A stretch of DNA of 64,000 bases from an uncultured Gemmataceae bacterium (GTDB lineage: Bacteria; Planctomycetota; Planctomycetia; Gemmatales; Gemmataceae): contig CAVVPN010000003.1 of the NCBI GenBank assembly GCA_963750165.1, positions 864,001 to 928,000 on the forward strand, read 5' to 3'. Each line of letters starts with the position of its first letter. Position 1 is the stretch's first letter. Shown here one piece after another: positions 38,990 through 49,193 of the stretch. Both the position numbers and the translations under genes were made by a program. The notes under the pieces were generated by a model, which searched no databases, was not told where the DNA came from, and saw only the letters and a program-made list of their open reading frames with translations.

Positions 38990-40468
38990 GTGGACGCCTT
39001 CTGGACCGACCTCGCCAGCTGGTGGCCCTACCTCGTCGGCCTGTTCGACTTTTGCCTGATGGCCTGGTTCGTGCCGCGCGTGCTGCTGTACAAGTCCGAA
39101 TCGACCTCGGCCATCGCCTGGCTGCTGCTCATCGTCTTCCTGCCGCTGATCGGCGCCGCCCTGTTCGTCCTGTTCGGCTACCAGCACGTCTCACGGCCGC
39201 TGCGGCGGAAGCGCCTGCACAACCAACTTTACCGCCAGTTCGGTTCCGGCCGCCGTCACACCCAGAGCGCGGACGGCGCCGCCGTCGAACCGCTGTCGCC
39301 GGTCTGCCAGCAGCTGGCCCAGCTGGCCAACCGCTTCGACGCCCAGGGCCTGGCGTCCGGCAACCACATCGACTATTACCACGACGGGCCGCCGGCCTTC
39401 GCCGCCATGCTCGCGGCCATCCGCCGCGCCGAGCATCACGTCCATTTGCAGACGTTCATTTTCCAGCCCGACGAGACCGGTGCCGAGTTCCTGGCGGCGC
39501 TGACGGAGCGGGCCAAGCAGGGCGTCGAGGTGCGGCTGCTTTATGACGCGGTCGGCTCGTACCGGCTGCGGGACCGCGACCTGGCCGGCCTGCGCGCCGC
39601 CGGTGGTCGATGCAGCGTCTTCCTGCCCATCAGCCTGCTGCGCCGCAGTGTGCAGATCAACCTGCGCAACCACCGCAAACTCCTCATCGTGGACGGCCAC
39701 ACCGGCTTCACCGGCGGCCTGAACGTCGGCCGCGAGTACCTGGGCGAGAGCCCGCGCTTTGGCTACTGGCGCGACACGCACCTGCGCGTGCAGGGGCCGG
39801 CGGTTGCTGACCTGCAGCGCGTCTTCGCCGAGGACTGGGACTTCGCCGCCGGCGAGACGCTTATCTTCGATGACGACCCGCGCACGTGCGCTTATCTGCG
39901 GACGGGCGCGGCGGACGGGCCGTACCCAGTGCAGGTGATCGACTCGGGGCCGGATCGCGATTTGAAGAGCATCCGCGAGATGTACCACGCGGCCATCCTG
40001 AAGGCGCGGCGGCGGGTGTGGATCGCCTCGCCGTACTTCGTGCCGGACGCCGGCCTGCGCGACGCCCTGCGGTTGGCCGGCTACCAGGGCATCGACGTGC
40101 GCTTCCTGGGTCAGCACAGGCCGGACAAGGCGATCCCGCAGTACGCGGCGCGCTACTACTGGACGGAGGTATTGGCGGCCGGCGTCAAGGTGTACCAATA
40201 CACGCGCGGCATGATGCACGCCAAGGTGGTGCTGGTGGACGACGACTGGGCCAGCGTCGGCACCGCCAACCTGGACAACCGCAGTATGTATCTCAACTTC
40301 GAGGTCAACTGCCTGATCTATTCGCAGCAGGCGGTGGCGGAGCTGGCGGCGCAGTTCGAGCGCGACCTGGCGACGGCCATCCGGCTGGAGGGGGCGGTGT
40401 ACGCGCAGCGGCCGTTCGCCGGCCGGCTGCTGGAGAACGCTTGCCGGCTGCTGTCGCCGGTGTTGTAA
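38990..40468 (+). CDS. cls: Cardiolipin synthase
   Basis: Two N-terminal TM helices; two HKD motifs (RNHRKLLIVDG, MHAKVVLVDD); NLDNRS..LNFE. Confidence 0.93.
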   Translation: MDAFWTDLASWWPYLVGLFDFCLMAWFVPRVLLYKSESTSAIAWLLLIVFLPLIGAALFVLFGYQHVSRPLRRKRLHNQLYRQFGSGRRHTQSADGAAVEPLSPVCQQLAQLANRFDAQGLASGNHIDYYHDGPPAFAAMLAAIRRAEHHVHLQTFIFQPDETGAEFLAALTERAKQGVEVRLLYDAVGSYRLRDRDLAGLRAAGGRCSVFLPISLLRRSVQINLRNHRKLLIVDGHTGFTGGLNVGREYLGESPRFGYWRDTHLRVQGPAVADLQRVFAEDWDFAAGETLIFDDDPRTCAYLRTGAADGPYPVQVIDSGPDRDLKSIREMYHAAILKARRRVWIASPYFVPDAGLRDALRLAGYQGIDVRFLGQHRPDKAIPQYAARYYWTEVLAAGVKVYQYTRGMMHAKVVLVDDDWASVGTANLDNRSMYLNFEVNCLIYSQQAVAELAAQFERDLATAIRLEGAVYAQRPFAGRLLENACRLLSPVL

Positions 40469-40759
40469 TGGGCGTGTTCTGCCGCTGGCGGCATAGCGCT
40501 CTTCCGCCAAGCCACAAGCGGCAGAAAAGACGGCTGGTAACTCACGGGAACCGACATGACCGCCAACGACCCGCGCCTGTCGCCGGATTTGCCGCCGCTG
40601 CCAAACGGGGCTTGTGGATCGATTTGCCCGCACTCCTGAGCAGCCAGCGTGCTCAGCAGATGTCAACGCTACAACGGGGCCTGGCGTCGCGGCCGCACGC
40701 CGCCTTCGTCAAGCGCCTGGCCGCCGCCCGCAAGGAGCGCTCCGAGTAGAGGAACCGAT

Positions 40760-42325
40760 ATGGCCTGGCCGTCCCCGACCGAGTTCAACGAAGCGGTGCA
40801 GTCGCCGCCGACCGCCTTCGCCGACACCGAGCTGCGCCGCACCCAGGCCGCCACGGATCCGCTCGGCCTGGTCCGCCCCTTCGCCGGCAGCTTCGCCGAC
40901 GTTTATCAGCTCGAAGGCCCCGACGGCCATTGCTGGGCCGTCAAGTGCTTCACTCGCGCCGTGCCGCACCTCCAGGAACGCTACCAGGCCATCAGCGACC
41001 ATTTGCAGCAGGGCGTGCCGTCGTTCATGGTCCCCTTCCGCTACCTCGCCGAGGGCGTCCGCATCCAGGGTCAGTGGTATCCCGTGGTGAAAATGCCCTG
41101 GATTCAGGGTTTGATGCTCAACCAGTTCGTCCGCGACAACCTCGACCGGCCGGTGCTGCTCGACCGCCTGGCGCGGATGTGGCTGAAGCTGGCCCAGCAG
41201 CTGCGCGGCGTCGGCGCCGCCCACGCGGACCTGCAACACGGCAACGTCCTGCTGGTGCCCAACGCGAAGACCGGCGGTCTGAGTTTGCGGCTGATCGACT
41301 ACGACGGCATGTTCGTGCCGGCCCTGGCCCACAGTCCGTCCGGCGAGGTCGGCCATCCGAATTACCAGCATCCGCAGCGGCTCCGCGAGTCCACGTACAA
41401 CGCGGAGATCGACCGCTTCGCACATCTGGTGATCTACACCGCCCTGCGCTGTCTGGCACTGCCCGGGGGGCGGCCGCTATGGGAGCGCTTCGACAACGGC
41501 GATAATCTGCTGTTCCGCGAACAGGACTTCCAGGCGCCGCAGCAGTCGGTGCTGTTTCGCGAGTTGTGGCGGACGCAGCCGGCGCCGACGCGCACGCTGG
41601 CCGGCCATCTGCTGCTGGCCGCGCAGGGGCCGCTGACGCAGGTGCCGCTGCTGGACGAACTGGTCAGCGACGGCCTGACCGAAGCGCTGACGGCCGAGCA
41701 GGCGCAGCGGGTGCGCCGTCTGCTCGGCGACGCCACCCCCGACACGGCCGCAGCGATCCTGGTGACGCCGGCGATGTTCATCGATCCCGTGGTGGGCGTG
41801 CTGGTTTCCGCTGACTCCACGCGGCCGCTGCGGCCCGGGCCGGCGGCGCCGCCGCCCCTGGCCATCCCGGTGACGCCGGCGAGGCTCCTGGAGCCGGCGC
41901 CGGGCGTGCTCGTCTCGGCGGAGTCCACCCAGGCACTGCGACCCGTGCCCGCGGCGAACGCGAAAAGCAAGACGGCGATCCCCGTGGCGCACCGCGCCGG
42001 ACCACCGCCGCTGCCGCGCGCGGTGCCGGTGGGCCAGCCGGCCATTGACTGGCAAGCGTCGCTCGGCGGCGGCGCTGTCGTGGTCGGCATCATCCTGCTT
42101 GGGCTGCTGCTCATGGTCCTCGTCAGCGCGGTCGTGCTCAGCACGCTGCCGCCCACCAGCAATCACCCTACTCCTGATGGCCCGCCGAAATTCCAGCCCC
42201 CGGCGCCGAACCACGGGCCGCAGAAACGGACTGTGGAGTGGGGGAACCTGACAGGGCGCCCACGCAACGAGGAAGCAGCGCTCCCCCGGCACGACGGCCA
42301 ATTGAAGTGGGCAGGTGGTGTGTAA
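40760..42325 (+). CDS. TerY-P-type (YegI-like) protein kinase with C-terminal TM helix
   Basis: GSFADVY, WAVKCF, HADLQHGNV, LIDYDG and GHPNYQHP; Pro-rich linker and a TM helix; ATG after GAGGA. Confidence 0.82.
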   Translation: MAWPSPTEFNEAVQSPPTAFADTELRRTQAATDPLGLVRPFAGSFADVYQLEGPDGHCWAVKCFTRAVPHLQERYQAISDHLQQGVPSFMVPFRYLAEGVRIQGQWYPVVKMPWIQGLMLNQFVRDNLDRPVLLDRLARMWLKLAQQLRGVGAAHADLQHGNVLLVPNAKTGGLSLRLIDYDGMFVPALAHSPSGEVGHPNYQHPQRLRESTYNAEIDRFAHLVIYTALRCLALPGGRPLWERFDNGDNLLFREQDFQAPQQSVLFRELWRTQPAPTRTLAGHLLLAAQGPLTQVPLLDELVSDGLTEALTAEQAQRVRRLLGDATPDTAAAILVTPAMFIDPVVGVLVSADSTRPLRPGPAAPPPLAIPVTPARLLEPAPGVLVSAESTQALRPVPAANAKSKTAIPVAHRAGPPPLPRAVPVGQPAIDWQASLGGGAVVVGIILLGLLLMVLVSAVVLSTLPPTSNHPTPDGPPKFQPPAPNHGPQKRTVEWGNLTGRPRNEEAALPRHDGQLKWAGGV

Positions 42326-43056
42326 TGGCCCCGGAGATTCCACGACTGGCGTGTCAGGTCTTTTCGCTGCCGAAGCGCGGCCACGGCGTTTCGGAGAACG
42401 AGGACGCCTGCGCACACAGTGCTGCCCACGGCCGCTTTGCCATCGCCGACGGCGCCACCGAGAGTTCGTTCGCGGCACTGTGGGCGCGGCTGCTGGTGGA
42501 CGAGTTCGTCAAGCCCGAGACGCCGGCGGGCTGGGCTGCCTGGCTGCCGGCGCTGCAGGAGCGCTGGGCGGCGGAGGTCGGCACGGCGCCGCTGCCGTGG
42601 TACGCCGAGACCAAGGTGGAGCAGGGGGCGTTCGCGACCTTCCTGGGCGTGGTGATCGAGCCAGGCTGGTGGCGGGCGGTGGCGGTCGGCGACAGTTGCC
42701 TGTTCCACATTCGCGAGGGCACGCTGCGGCACGCCTTCCCGGTGCAGCACCCCGACGAGTTCGGCACGGCGCCGTGGCTGATCGGCTCGCGCGGCTTCAG
42801 CAGCGCCGGCATGGTCGAGAAGGAAATCCGTCTGGAGGACGACTGGCGGTCGGGCGACCGGCTGTGGCTGATGACCGACGCGCTGGCGCAGTGGTTCTTG
42901 CAGCAACTGCTAACAGATCGCGGCTGGTGGCGCTACCTGGCGCAGATGCTGGAGACGCCGAACCCGGCGGCGGAGTTCGACGCGCTGGTGGCGTGGCAGC
43001 GCGACTGTCACGCGATGCGCAACGATGACGTGACGTGGTTGACGATTGCGGAGTGA
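42325..43056 (+). CDS. PP2C-like (YegK-like) protein phosphatase
   Basis: ENEDA, AIADGATES, AVGDSCL, LMTDAL and NDDVT; TAATG overlap with the kinase. Confidence 0.85.
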   Translation: MAPEIPRLACQVFSLPKRGHGVSENEDACAHSAAHGRFAIADGATESSFAALWARLLVDEFVKPETPAGWAAWLPALQERWAAEVGTAPLPWYAETKVEQGAFATFLGVVIEPGWWRAVAVGDSCLFHIREGTLRHAFPVQHPDEFGTAPWLIGSRGFSSAGMVEKEIRLEDDWRSGDRLWLMTDALAQWFLQQLLTDRGWWRYLAQMLETPNPAAEFDALVAWQRDCHAMRNDDVTWLTIAE

Positions 43057-43221
43057 CTGGATTTTTCTGCCGCTTGCGGCTTAACCAGCCGGGACACCAT
43101 GAATAACTGGGCCGAACGGTTGGCGGGAAAGAGCAAGAATGACCCTTCCGCTGCTGCTGACCTGGCCGCGAGTTCGGCTCGTAAACACATTACGATCCCG
43201 CTGGCGGCGTAGCGGGGAGCA

Positions 43222-44596
43222 CTACGCCGCCAGCGGCAGCACAGCCGGCTTCACGGCTGCGGCGCCGCCAGCACCGCCCCGCGCAGCATCGCGCTCCACC
43301 TCCGTGCGCACCTCCTTCGCGTGCTGCGGTAGCACCCGCGCCGCCACTGTGGCGCCGCCGGCCGCCTGGCGGAGCACGTAGTAGTCCATGACCGCCACCT
43401 GCTTCTGCACCTCGATCTGCACGCCGAAGTGCTCCAGCGTCCGCGGCGGCCCCTGCACCGCGCACGGCGCCGACGCGGCCTGCACCGTCGCCTTCTCCTT
43501 CTTCAGCCACGCCGTCACCTCCTGGTGGAACTGCGCGATGCTCGGCATCGTCTTGAGCGGCTCGACCGTCAACAAGAGGCCGCTGCCGCGGCTCTCGTCC
43601 AGGGCGAGCTGCCGGCCGCGCACCCCCGCCACGCGCCAGCGCCGCGGGTGCAGCAGCTTCACGCCCAGCTCCGGGTTGTCGTACAGCAGCAGCGTGTTGG
43701 CCTCGCTGGGCTCCAGGGCCACGCCCTTGAGCGCCGCGTCCGCCAACTCCACGCAGAACGGCCGCGGTTGCCGCGTCAGCACGAACGTGCCTTCCACCTT
43801 GCCCTGCGCCTTGCCGTCCTTGCCCAGCATCTCCTGCACACCCTTGAGCGACAGGTAACTCAGGTGGTTCGACTCCAGGTCGAAGTAGAAATAGCCGTCC
43901 AGCCGCTGTCGGTTGGGGCCGTCCTCGCCGAGGCCGCGCACGACGCCAGCGAAGCTGACGCCGCGCGTGCCGCCGCTGCCCCACCACCTCCAGCCGCTCC
44001 AGCTTGCAGGTCACGCCGCCTTGCTCGATCTTCTCCAGGTCCGTCATCTCCTGGATGGCGGTCGCCGCCGCGACCCACTGCTCGCCGACTTTCACCGGCC
44101 CTGCCGGCAGCAACCCAGCCAGCGCGGGCGTGAACACGTCGGTACGGATCAGGTCCATCTCACCCCACGTCAGCGGCCCGTCCGGCGAGAACGGCACCTC
44201 CACCTGATTGTGCCGCAGCACCACCAGCCGCCGCACCTGGGGCCGCAGGGTGCTCTGCTGGTCCTGCGTGCCGACCTTGCGCTGGAAATCAATTTTGCGA
44301 TACAGGCGAACCGTTTTGCCCACTTGCCCGTCTTTCTCCAGACTGAGGACGCGCTCGTCGTAATCAATGGCACTGCCGCCACTAACCGGCAGCGTGCGGG
44401 CCGGCTGATCCTTCTCCGGAGGCAGCGACAGACCGCCGCTGACCTCAACCCGCACACTGACGTGGTAGTGGTAGTGTGCGGGAAAGGCCTCGCGCAAGCG
44501 CAGCAACTCGTCCGCCTGCCGGGGCGCTCCCAGGGCGAAGGACGCGAGTGTCACCAGCAGCACCACGGTGGCGCGGCCGTAAACCAGGTTGGACAT
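43222..44596 (-). CDS. Secreted hypothetical protein; apparent frameshift ~43960
   Basis: Signal peptide; coding-like sequence of ORF 43190-44596 continues in ORF 43222-43941 (GEDGPNRQRLDGYFYFD). Confidence 0.7.
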
Positions 44597-45377
44597 GAGC
44601 TGCCTCCAAGGGGGAAATCAGGTGGAAGGGGCGTCGCGCGTCGGTGAGCATCGCTCGAACTCTGCCCGATTGTAGGCCCGTTCGATGGCCAAAAAACGGC
44701 CGGGCGGCGACTTTTTTGCCAGTATCGGGCCAGCGGCAGCGAAGAAATGCGTCGTGGCGAATACAGGGGTGATAAGATTAGTTCACAGATGAGGGAATTT
44801 CAAACAACCGCTATTGCAAATCTGAACAGAATCTGTGTAAATAACGGATGTACACTTTCAACGGAGCCTCTCCCTCCCCCGGTCGCTCACCGGTGTTGGA
44901 TGAAATGATTTCGGTGCAAGTCGTTACAAGAAATTAGGTTGAGGTGACAAATCGGCGGTGGGCCGGCGGAGGCGTCGCCGCGCCGCGGGACTGCGGCCCG
45001 ACATTTGCATTGTTGAGGTTCGATGAAGGCGGTGAGGAAAGGCGAAAACAAGAGCAAAAGGATGGCACTAAAAAAACGAATAAGGTTAGGTGACTAACTC
45101 TCAATCGTTGAAACGTCAAGGATTTTAGGGGGGGAGTGGTTTCCTGAACCCTTTTCAACCACAGGATGTCTAACCTTGTGCGACAATGAAGGAAACGTCG
45201 GCACCGGAGGGGCGCCGACTTGAATGAAACCGAACGAACCACTCAGCGGAGGCCTGAACCAGCGGCAGGCGGCGGAAGTAGAAGTGGCAAGGAACCAGAA
45301 CGGCGAACGCGGGGGGCGGAGGCCCAAGCCCGCACGCCCATGAGGCCGGGACTGACCCCCCAGGCCTCCCCAAAGGA

Positions 45378-47060
45378 GTGACGGCCGTGAAAACCTTCAA
45401 ACACCCGGCTCTACGTGAGTTGACGGATCAACAGGTTCGCTTCGTGCCGCCGCCGCGGCGCCTGGAACAACTGGCCCGGGCCGAGCGCCTGCTGGCCGAA
45501 CTCGATGCGAGCCGGCAATACCCGTATCAGTTCCTGTGCTTCCGCATCACCGACTACCGCCCCGACGCCTATCCAGACCTGCTCATCACGGGCCGCGACG
45601 CCCGGCACGACCTCGGCCTGCTCATCGCCGAGTTGGCCCGTTCGCTGCCGGCCATCCCGGTGGAGACGGTCGCCGAGCCGGTGCTGACCTTGGAGGAGAT
45701 GAGCCGCAAGCTCAACGTCACGCCCAAGACGATCAACCGCTGGCGCAAGCGCGGCCTAATTGGTGTGCCGATCCTGTGTAACGGCCGGCGGCAGGTGGGT
45801 TTTCTGGAGTCGCTGGTCAGCCCGTTCCTGGATCACAACCACGAACGGGTGGAGCGTGGCAGCCGGTTCTCGCAGTTGAGCCAGACCGAGAAAGACGACA
45901 TCCTGCGCCGGGCCCGTCGGCTGGCCCGGGTGGGCTCAAGCACACTGACGGAAGTCAGCCGCCGCATCGCCCGCCGCCTGGGGCGCTCCGCGGAAACGGT
46001 GCGTTACACCATCAAGAATTTTGACCGGGCGCACCCCGAACAGGCGTTGTTCCCGGCTGTGACGGGGCCGCTGGACGAGGCCACCAAGCAGGTGATTTAT
46101 AACTCCTTCCGAAGGGGGATTACCGTGGACACCCTGGCAAGACAATTTCAGCGCACCCGCTCCTCAATCTACCGTGTGGTGAACGAGGTGCGCGCCCAGC
46201 GCATTCTGGATACGCCCCTGGACTACATCTACCACGAATCCTTCGACGCCCCCGATGTCGAGGCGGTGTTTCTGGCGCCGATGCCGGGCCTGGAGGAGTA
46301 CGAGGCGAGCCGGCGGTCGCTGCGCGTGCCCAAGGACGCGCCGCCGGAACTGGCCGCGCTGTACGAGGTGCCGCTGCTGAACAAGGACCAGGAACAGCAC
46401 CTGTTCCGGCAGATGAACTACCTCAAGCACAAGGCCCAGCAGTTGCGCAGCCGGCTGGACCCGACGCGAGCGCGGACGCAGGAACTGGACCAGATCGAGG
46501 CCCTGCAGGAGCAGGCCCAGAAGATCAAGGACCAGCTCATCAACTGCAACATGCGGTTGGTGGTGTCGATCGCCAAGCGACACGCCGGCCAGACCGACAA
46601 CTTCTTCGAACTGCTCTCGGACGGCAACGTGTCGCTGTTACGGGCGGTCGAGAAGTTCGACTACAGCCGCGGCAACAAGTTCAGCACCTACGCCAGCTGG
46701 GCGATCATGAAGAACTTTGCCCGCAGCATTCCGGAGGAGAAGCACCGCCGCGAGCGCTACGTGACGGGCCATGAGGAACTGTTCGAGGCCGCCCCGGACA
46801 CGCGGACGGACGAGCACGAGATCGTGGCGTCGGCGGAGCAGGCCAGCTACAAGGTCAACCGGCTGCTGGAGTCGCTGGACCCGCGCGAGCGCGAGATCAT
46901 TCGCATGCGGGCTGGTCTCGACAGCGGTTCGGAGGGCATGACGCTGGAGAAGATCGGCGAGAAGCTCGGTATCACCAAGGAGCGCGTCCGCCAGCTGAAC
47001 GTGCGGGCCATGAAAAAGATGCGGTCGCTCGCCGAGGAGCACCGCGAAGACCTGATGTAA
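45378..47060 (+). CDS. Sigma-70 family RNA polymerase sigma factor with long multi-HTH N-terminal extension
   Basis: Region 2 NMRLVVSIAK...LLRAVEKFDYSRGNKFSTYASWAI; region 4 LDPREREII...TLEKIGEKLGITKERVRQL; start may be GTG 45387. Confidence 0.92.
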   Translation: MTAVKTFKHPALRELTDQQVRFVPPPRRLEQLARAERLLAELDASRQYPYQFLCFRITDYRPDAYPDLLITGRDARHDLGLLIAELARSLPAIPVETVAEPVLTLEEMSRKLNVTPKTINRWRKRGLIGVPILCNGRRQVGFLESLVSPFLDHNHERVERGSRFSQLSQTEKDDILRRARRLARVGSSTLTEVSRRIARRLGRSAETVRYTIKNFDRAHPEQALFPAVTGPLDEATKQVIYNSFRRGITVDTLARQFQRTRSSIYRVVNEVRAQRILDTPLDYIYHESFDAPDVEAVFLAPMPGLEEYEASRRSLRVPKDAPPELAALYEVPLLNKDQEQHLFRQMNYLKHKAQQLRSRLDPTRARTQELDQIEALQEQAQKIKDQLINCNMRLVVSIAKRHAGQTDNFFELLSDGNVSLLRAVEKFDYSRGNKFSTYASWAIMKNFARSIPEEKHRRERYVTGHEELFEAAPDTRTDEHEIVASAEQASYKVNRLLESLDPREREIIRMRAGLDSGSEGMTLEKIGEKLGITKERVRQLNVRAMKKMRSLAEEHREDLM

Positions 47061-47070
47061 CGACAAAAGC

Positions 47071-47159
47071 AAAGACCAATCACGAAAACACGAAAAAGAC
47101 AAATTCATTTATTGTCTTTTTCGTGTTTTCGTTCTTTCGTGTTTTCGTGATTGGTCTTT
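47071..47159. repeat. AT-rich palindrome with CACGAAAA units (REP-like or terminator)
   Basis: AAAGACCAATCACGAAAACACGAAA...TTTCGTGTTTTCGTGATTGGTCTTT. Confidence 0.75.
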
Positions 47160-47296
47160 CCATTGACGGACGGCCTGAGAACAATTCCGACATTTTTTGC
47201 AAGACCTGATTGACCATACCCGGGCGCAGCGGCTACATTGGAGAAAGGTTTTCCCGCCTCCACATTCCGACCCTCCCAAAGACGAAAGGGACGCTG

Positions 47297-48754
47297 ATGT
47301 TCTCTCTCAGTCGTCGCGAGTTCCTGAAGGGTAGTGCGCTGCTGGCCACCGGCGCCGCCACGTTGCCGCTGACCGAGCCCACCATCGAGGCAGCCCCCGC
47401 CGCGCAGAACCCCGCCGGTCCCAACAACCGGCTCAACGTCGCCGTCATCGGCATCCGCGGCCGCGGCCGCGACCACATCCACGGCTTCACCCATGTGCCG
47501 AACTGCCGCGTCACCCACCTGTGCGACGCCGACAACGCCACCGCCCAGGCCGCCATCGCCTACACGCAGAAGCAGCAGCCCAACGCGCCGGCGCCAACCT
47601 TCGTGCAGGACCTGCGCCGCATCATGGAGAACCGCGACATCCATATCGTCTCCATCGCAACGCCGAACCACTGGCACGCCCTGGCCGCTATCTGGGCTAT
47701 GCAGGCCGGCAAGGACGTGTACGTCGAGAAGCCGGTCAGCCACAACGTCAGCGAGGGCCGGCGCATCGTGCAGGTGGCCCGTCGCCACAACAAGATTTGC
47801 CAGGCCGGCACGCAGATCCGCAGCAGCACGGGCGTCCGCCAGGCGATCGAATTCATCCGCTCGGGCAAGCTTGGCCAGTTGCGCGTGGCTCGCGGCCTGT
47901 GCTACAAGCGCCGCGACAGCATCGGCCGGGTGGGCGGCGACGGCACGGTGCCGGCGTCGATTGATTACAACCTGTGGTGCGGCCCGGCGCCGCAGCGGGC
48001 GCCGCGGCGCATGCGCGTCCACTACGACTGGCACTGGCAGTGGGACTACGGCAACGGCGACCTGGGCAACCAGGGTATCCATCAGATGGACGTGGCCCGC
48101 TGGGGCATCGGCGCGCATCAGCTGGCGCGGTCGGTGATGAGCGTCGGCGGCCGCTTCGGCTACACCGACGATGGCGAGACCGCCAACACGCAGATGGCCG
48201 TCTTCGACTACGGCAACGCCGAGTTGATCTTTGAGGTGCGTGGCCTGCCGACGAGGCCGCGCACCGGCGCCTCGGTCGGCAACATCTTCCACTGCGCCGA
48301 CGGCTACGTGGTGATGCCGAGCTACAGCAGCGCCATCGTGTACGACCTGCAGGGCAAGGAACTGCGGCGCTGGAACGCCGGCGGCGACCACTACCGCAAC
48401 TTCGTTGAGGCGGTGCGCAGCCGGCGGGTGGAGGATCTCCGGGGCGAGATCGAAGAGGGCCACCTGTCGAGCGCGTTGTGCCACCTGGCCAACATCAGCT
48501 ATCGGCTGGGCCAGCGGCAGGCGTTCGCCAACAGCGAGAAGGTGTACGGTAACGACCAGGCCGCGACCGAGACGCTGGCGGCGATGCGCGAGCACCTGGC
48601 CGGCAACAACGTGGCGCTGGCCAACAACCAGTTGACGGTCGGGCCACGGCTGACGGTCGATCAGAAGTCGGAGCGCTTCTCCAACAACAACGCGGCCAAC
48701 GACCTGCTGACGCGGCAGTACCGCAAGGGCTTCGAGGTGCCGGCGCAGGCGTGA
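47297..48754 (+). CDS. Tat-exported Gfo/Idh/MocA oxidoreductase
   Basis: SRREFLK; VAVIGIRGRG, IATPNHWH, AGKDVYVEKP and GDLGNQGIHQMD. Confidence 0.92.
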   Translation: MFSLSRREFLKGSALLATGAATLPLTEPTIEAAPAAQNPAGPNNRLNVAVIGIRGRGRDHIHGFTHVPNCRVTHLCDADNATAQAAIAYTQKQQPNAPAPTFVQDLRRIMENRDIHIVSIATPNHWHALAAIWAMQAGKDVYVEKPVSHNVSEGRRIVQVARRHNKICQAGTQIRSSTGVRQAIEFIRSGKLGQLRVARGLCYKRRDSIGRVGGDGTVPASIDYNLWCGPAPQRAPRRMRVHYDWHWQWDYGNGDLGNQGIHQMDVARWGIGAHQLARSVMSVGGRFGYTDDGETANTQMAVFDYGNAELIFEVRGLPTRPRTGASVGNIFHCADGYVVMPSYSSAIVYDLQGKELRRWNAGGDHYRNFVEAVRSRRVEDLRGEIEEGHLSSALCHLANISYRLGQRQAFANSEKVYGNDQAATETLAAMREHLAGNNVALANNQLTVGPRLTVDQKSERFSNNNAANDLLTRQYRKGFEVPAQA

Positions 48755-48761
48755 GTGAGAC

Positions 48762-48834
48762 GTCTTGGTTCGTAGTTCCGCCTTCAAGCGGTCTTTGGGT
48801 GAAGACCGCTGAAGGCGGAACTACGAACCAAGAC
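48762..48834. repeat. REP-like palindrome (GTAGTTCCGCCTTCA...TGAAGGCGGAACTAC)
   Basis: About 30-bp arms between convergent genes. Confidence 0.75.
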
Positions 48835-48849
48835 AAGCCGCAACCAATT

Positions 48850-49113
48850 TCAGTTATCGTTGCTCCGTAGCCGGGCGAGTTCGGCGCGGAGCCGTGCTAC
48901 TTCCTGTTCCGCCGCGGTGAGGGCCTGGCGCTCCGCCTCCAATTGTCTGCGGGCCTCGTCGCGCTGTCGCACAGCCTCATCCAGGGCATTTTGCAAATCC
49001 GCGGGCAGCGGTAACAACTCTCTGCGAAACCAATAGCGCACCCAGCCGTCGAGCAGTGCCACGCCCATTTCCAGTTCGGGAATCGATCGCTGTCCCTGGT
49101 CGTCCAGTTTCAC
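48850..49113 (-). pseudogene. C-terminal remnant of a Uma2/DUF820-like endonuclease gene
   Basis: SIPELEMGVALLDGWVRYWFRRELLPLPADL plus a coiled-coil tail (EQEVARLRAELARLR); no nuclease core upstream. Confidence 0.55.
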
Positions 49114-49193
49114 CGAGACATAGTAATCCGCGGGGCGTGGCCGTGGGAGGCGAGTATAATGCGCACCGTAACCGGTTTTCGGGAGAACGAACC

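Noticed and set aside
44760..45180. Replication origin in the AT-rich gap
   Set aside because: No clear cluster of TTATCCACA boxes and no dnaA, dnaN or par genes nearby
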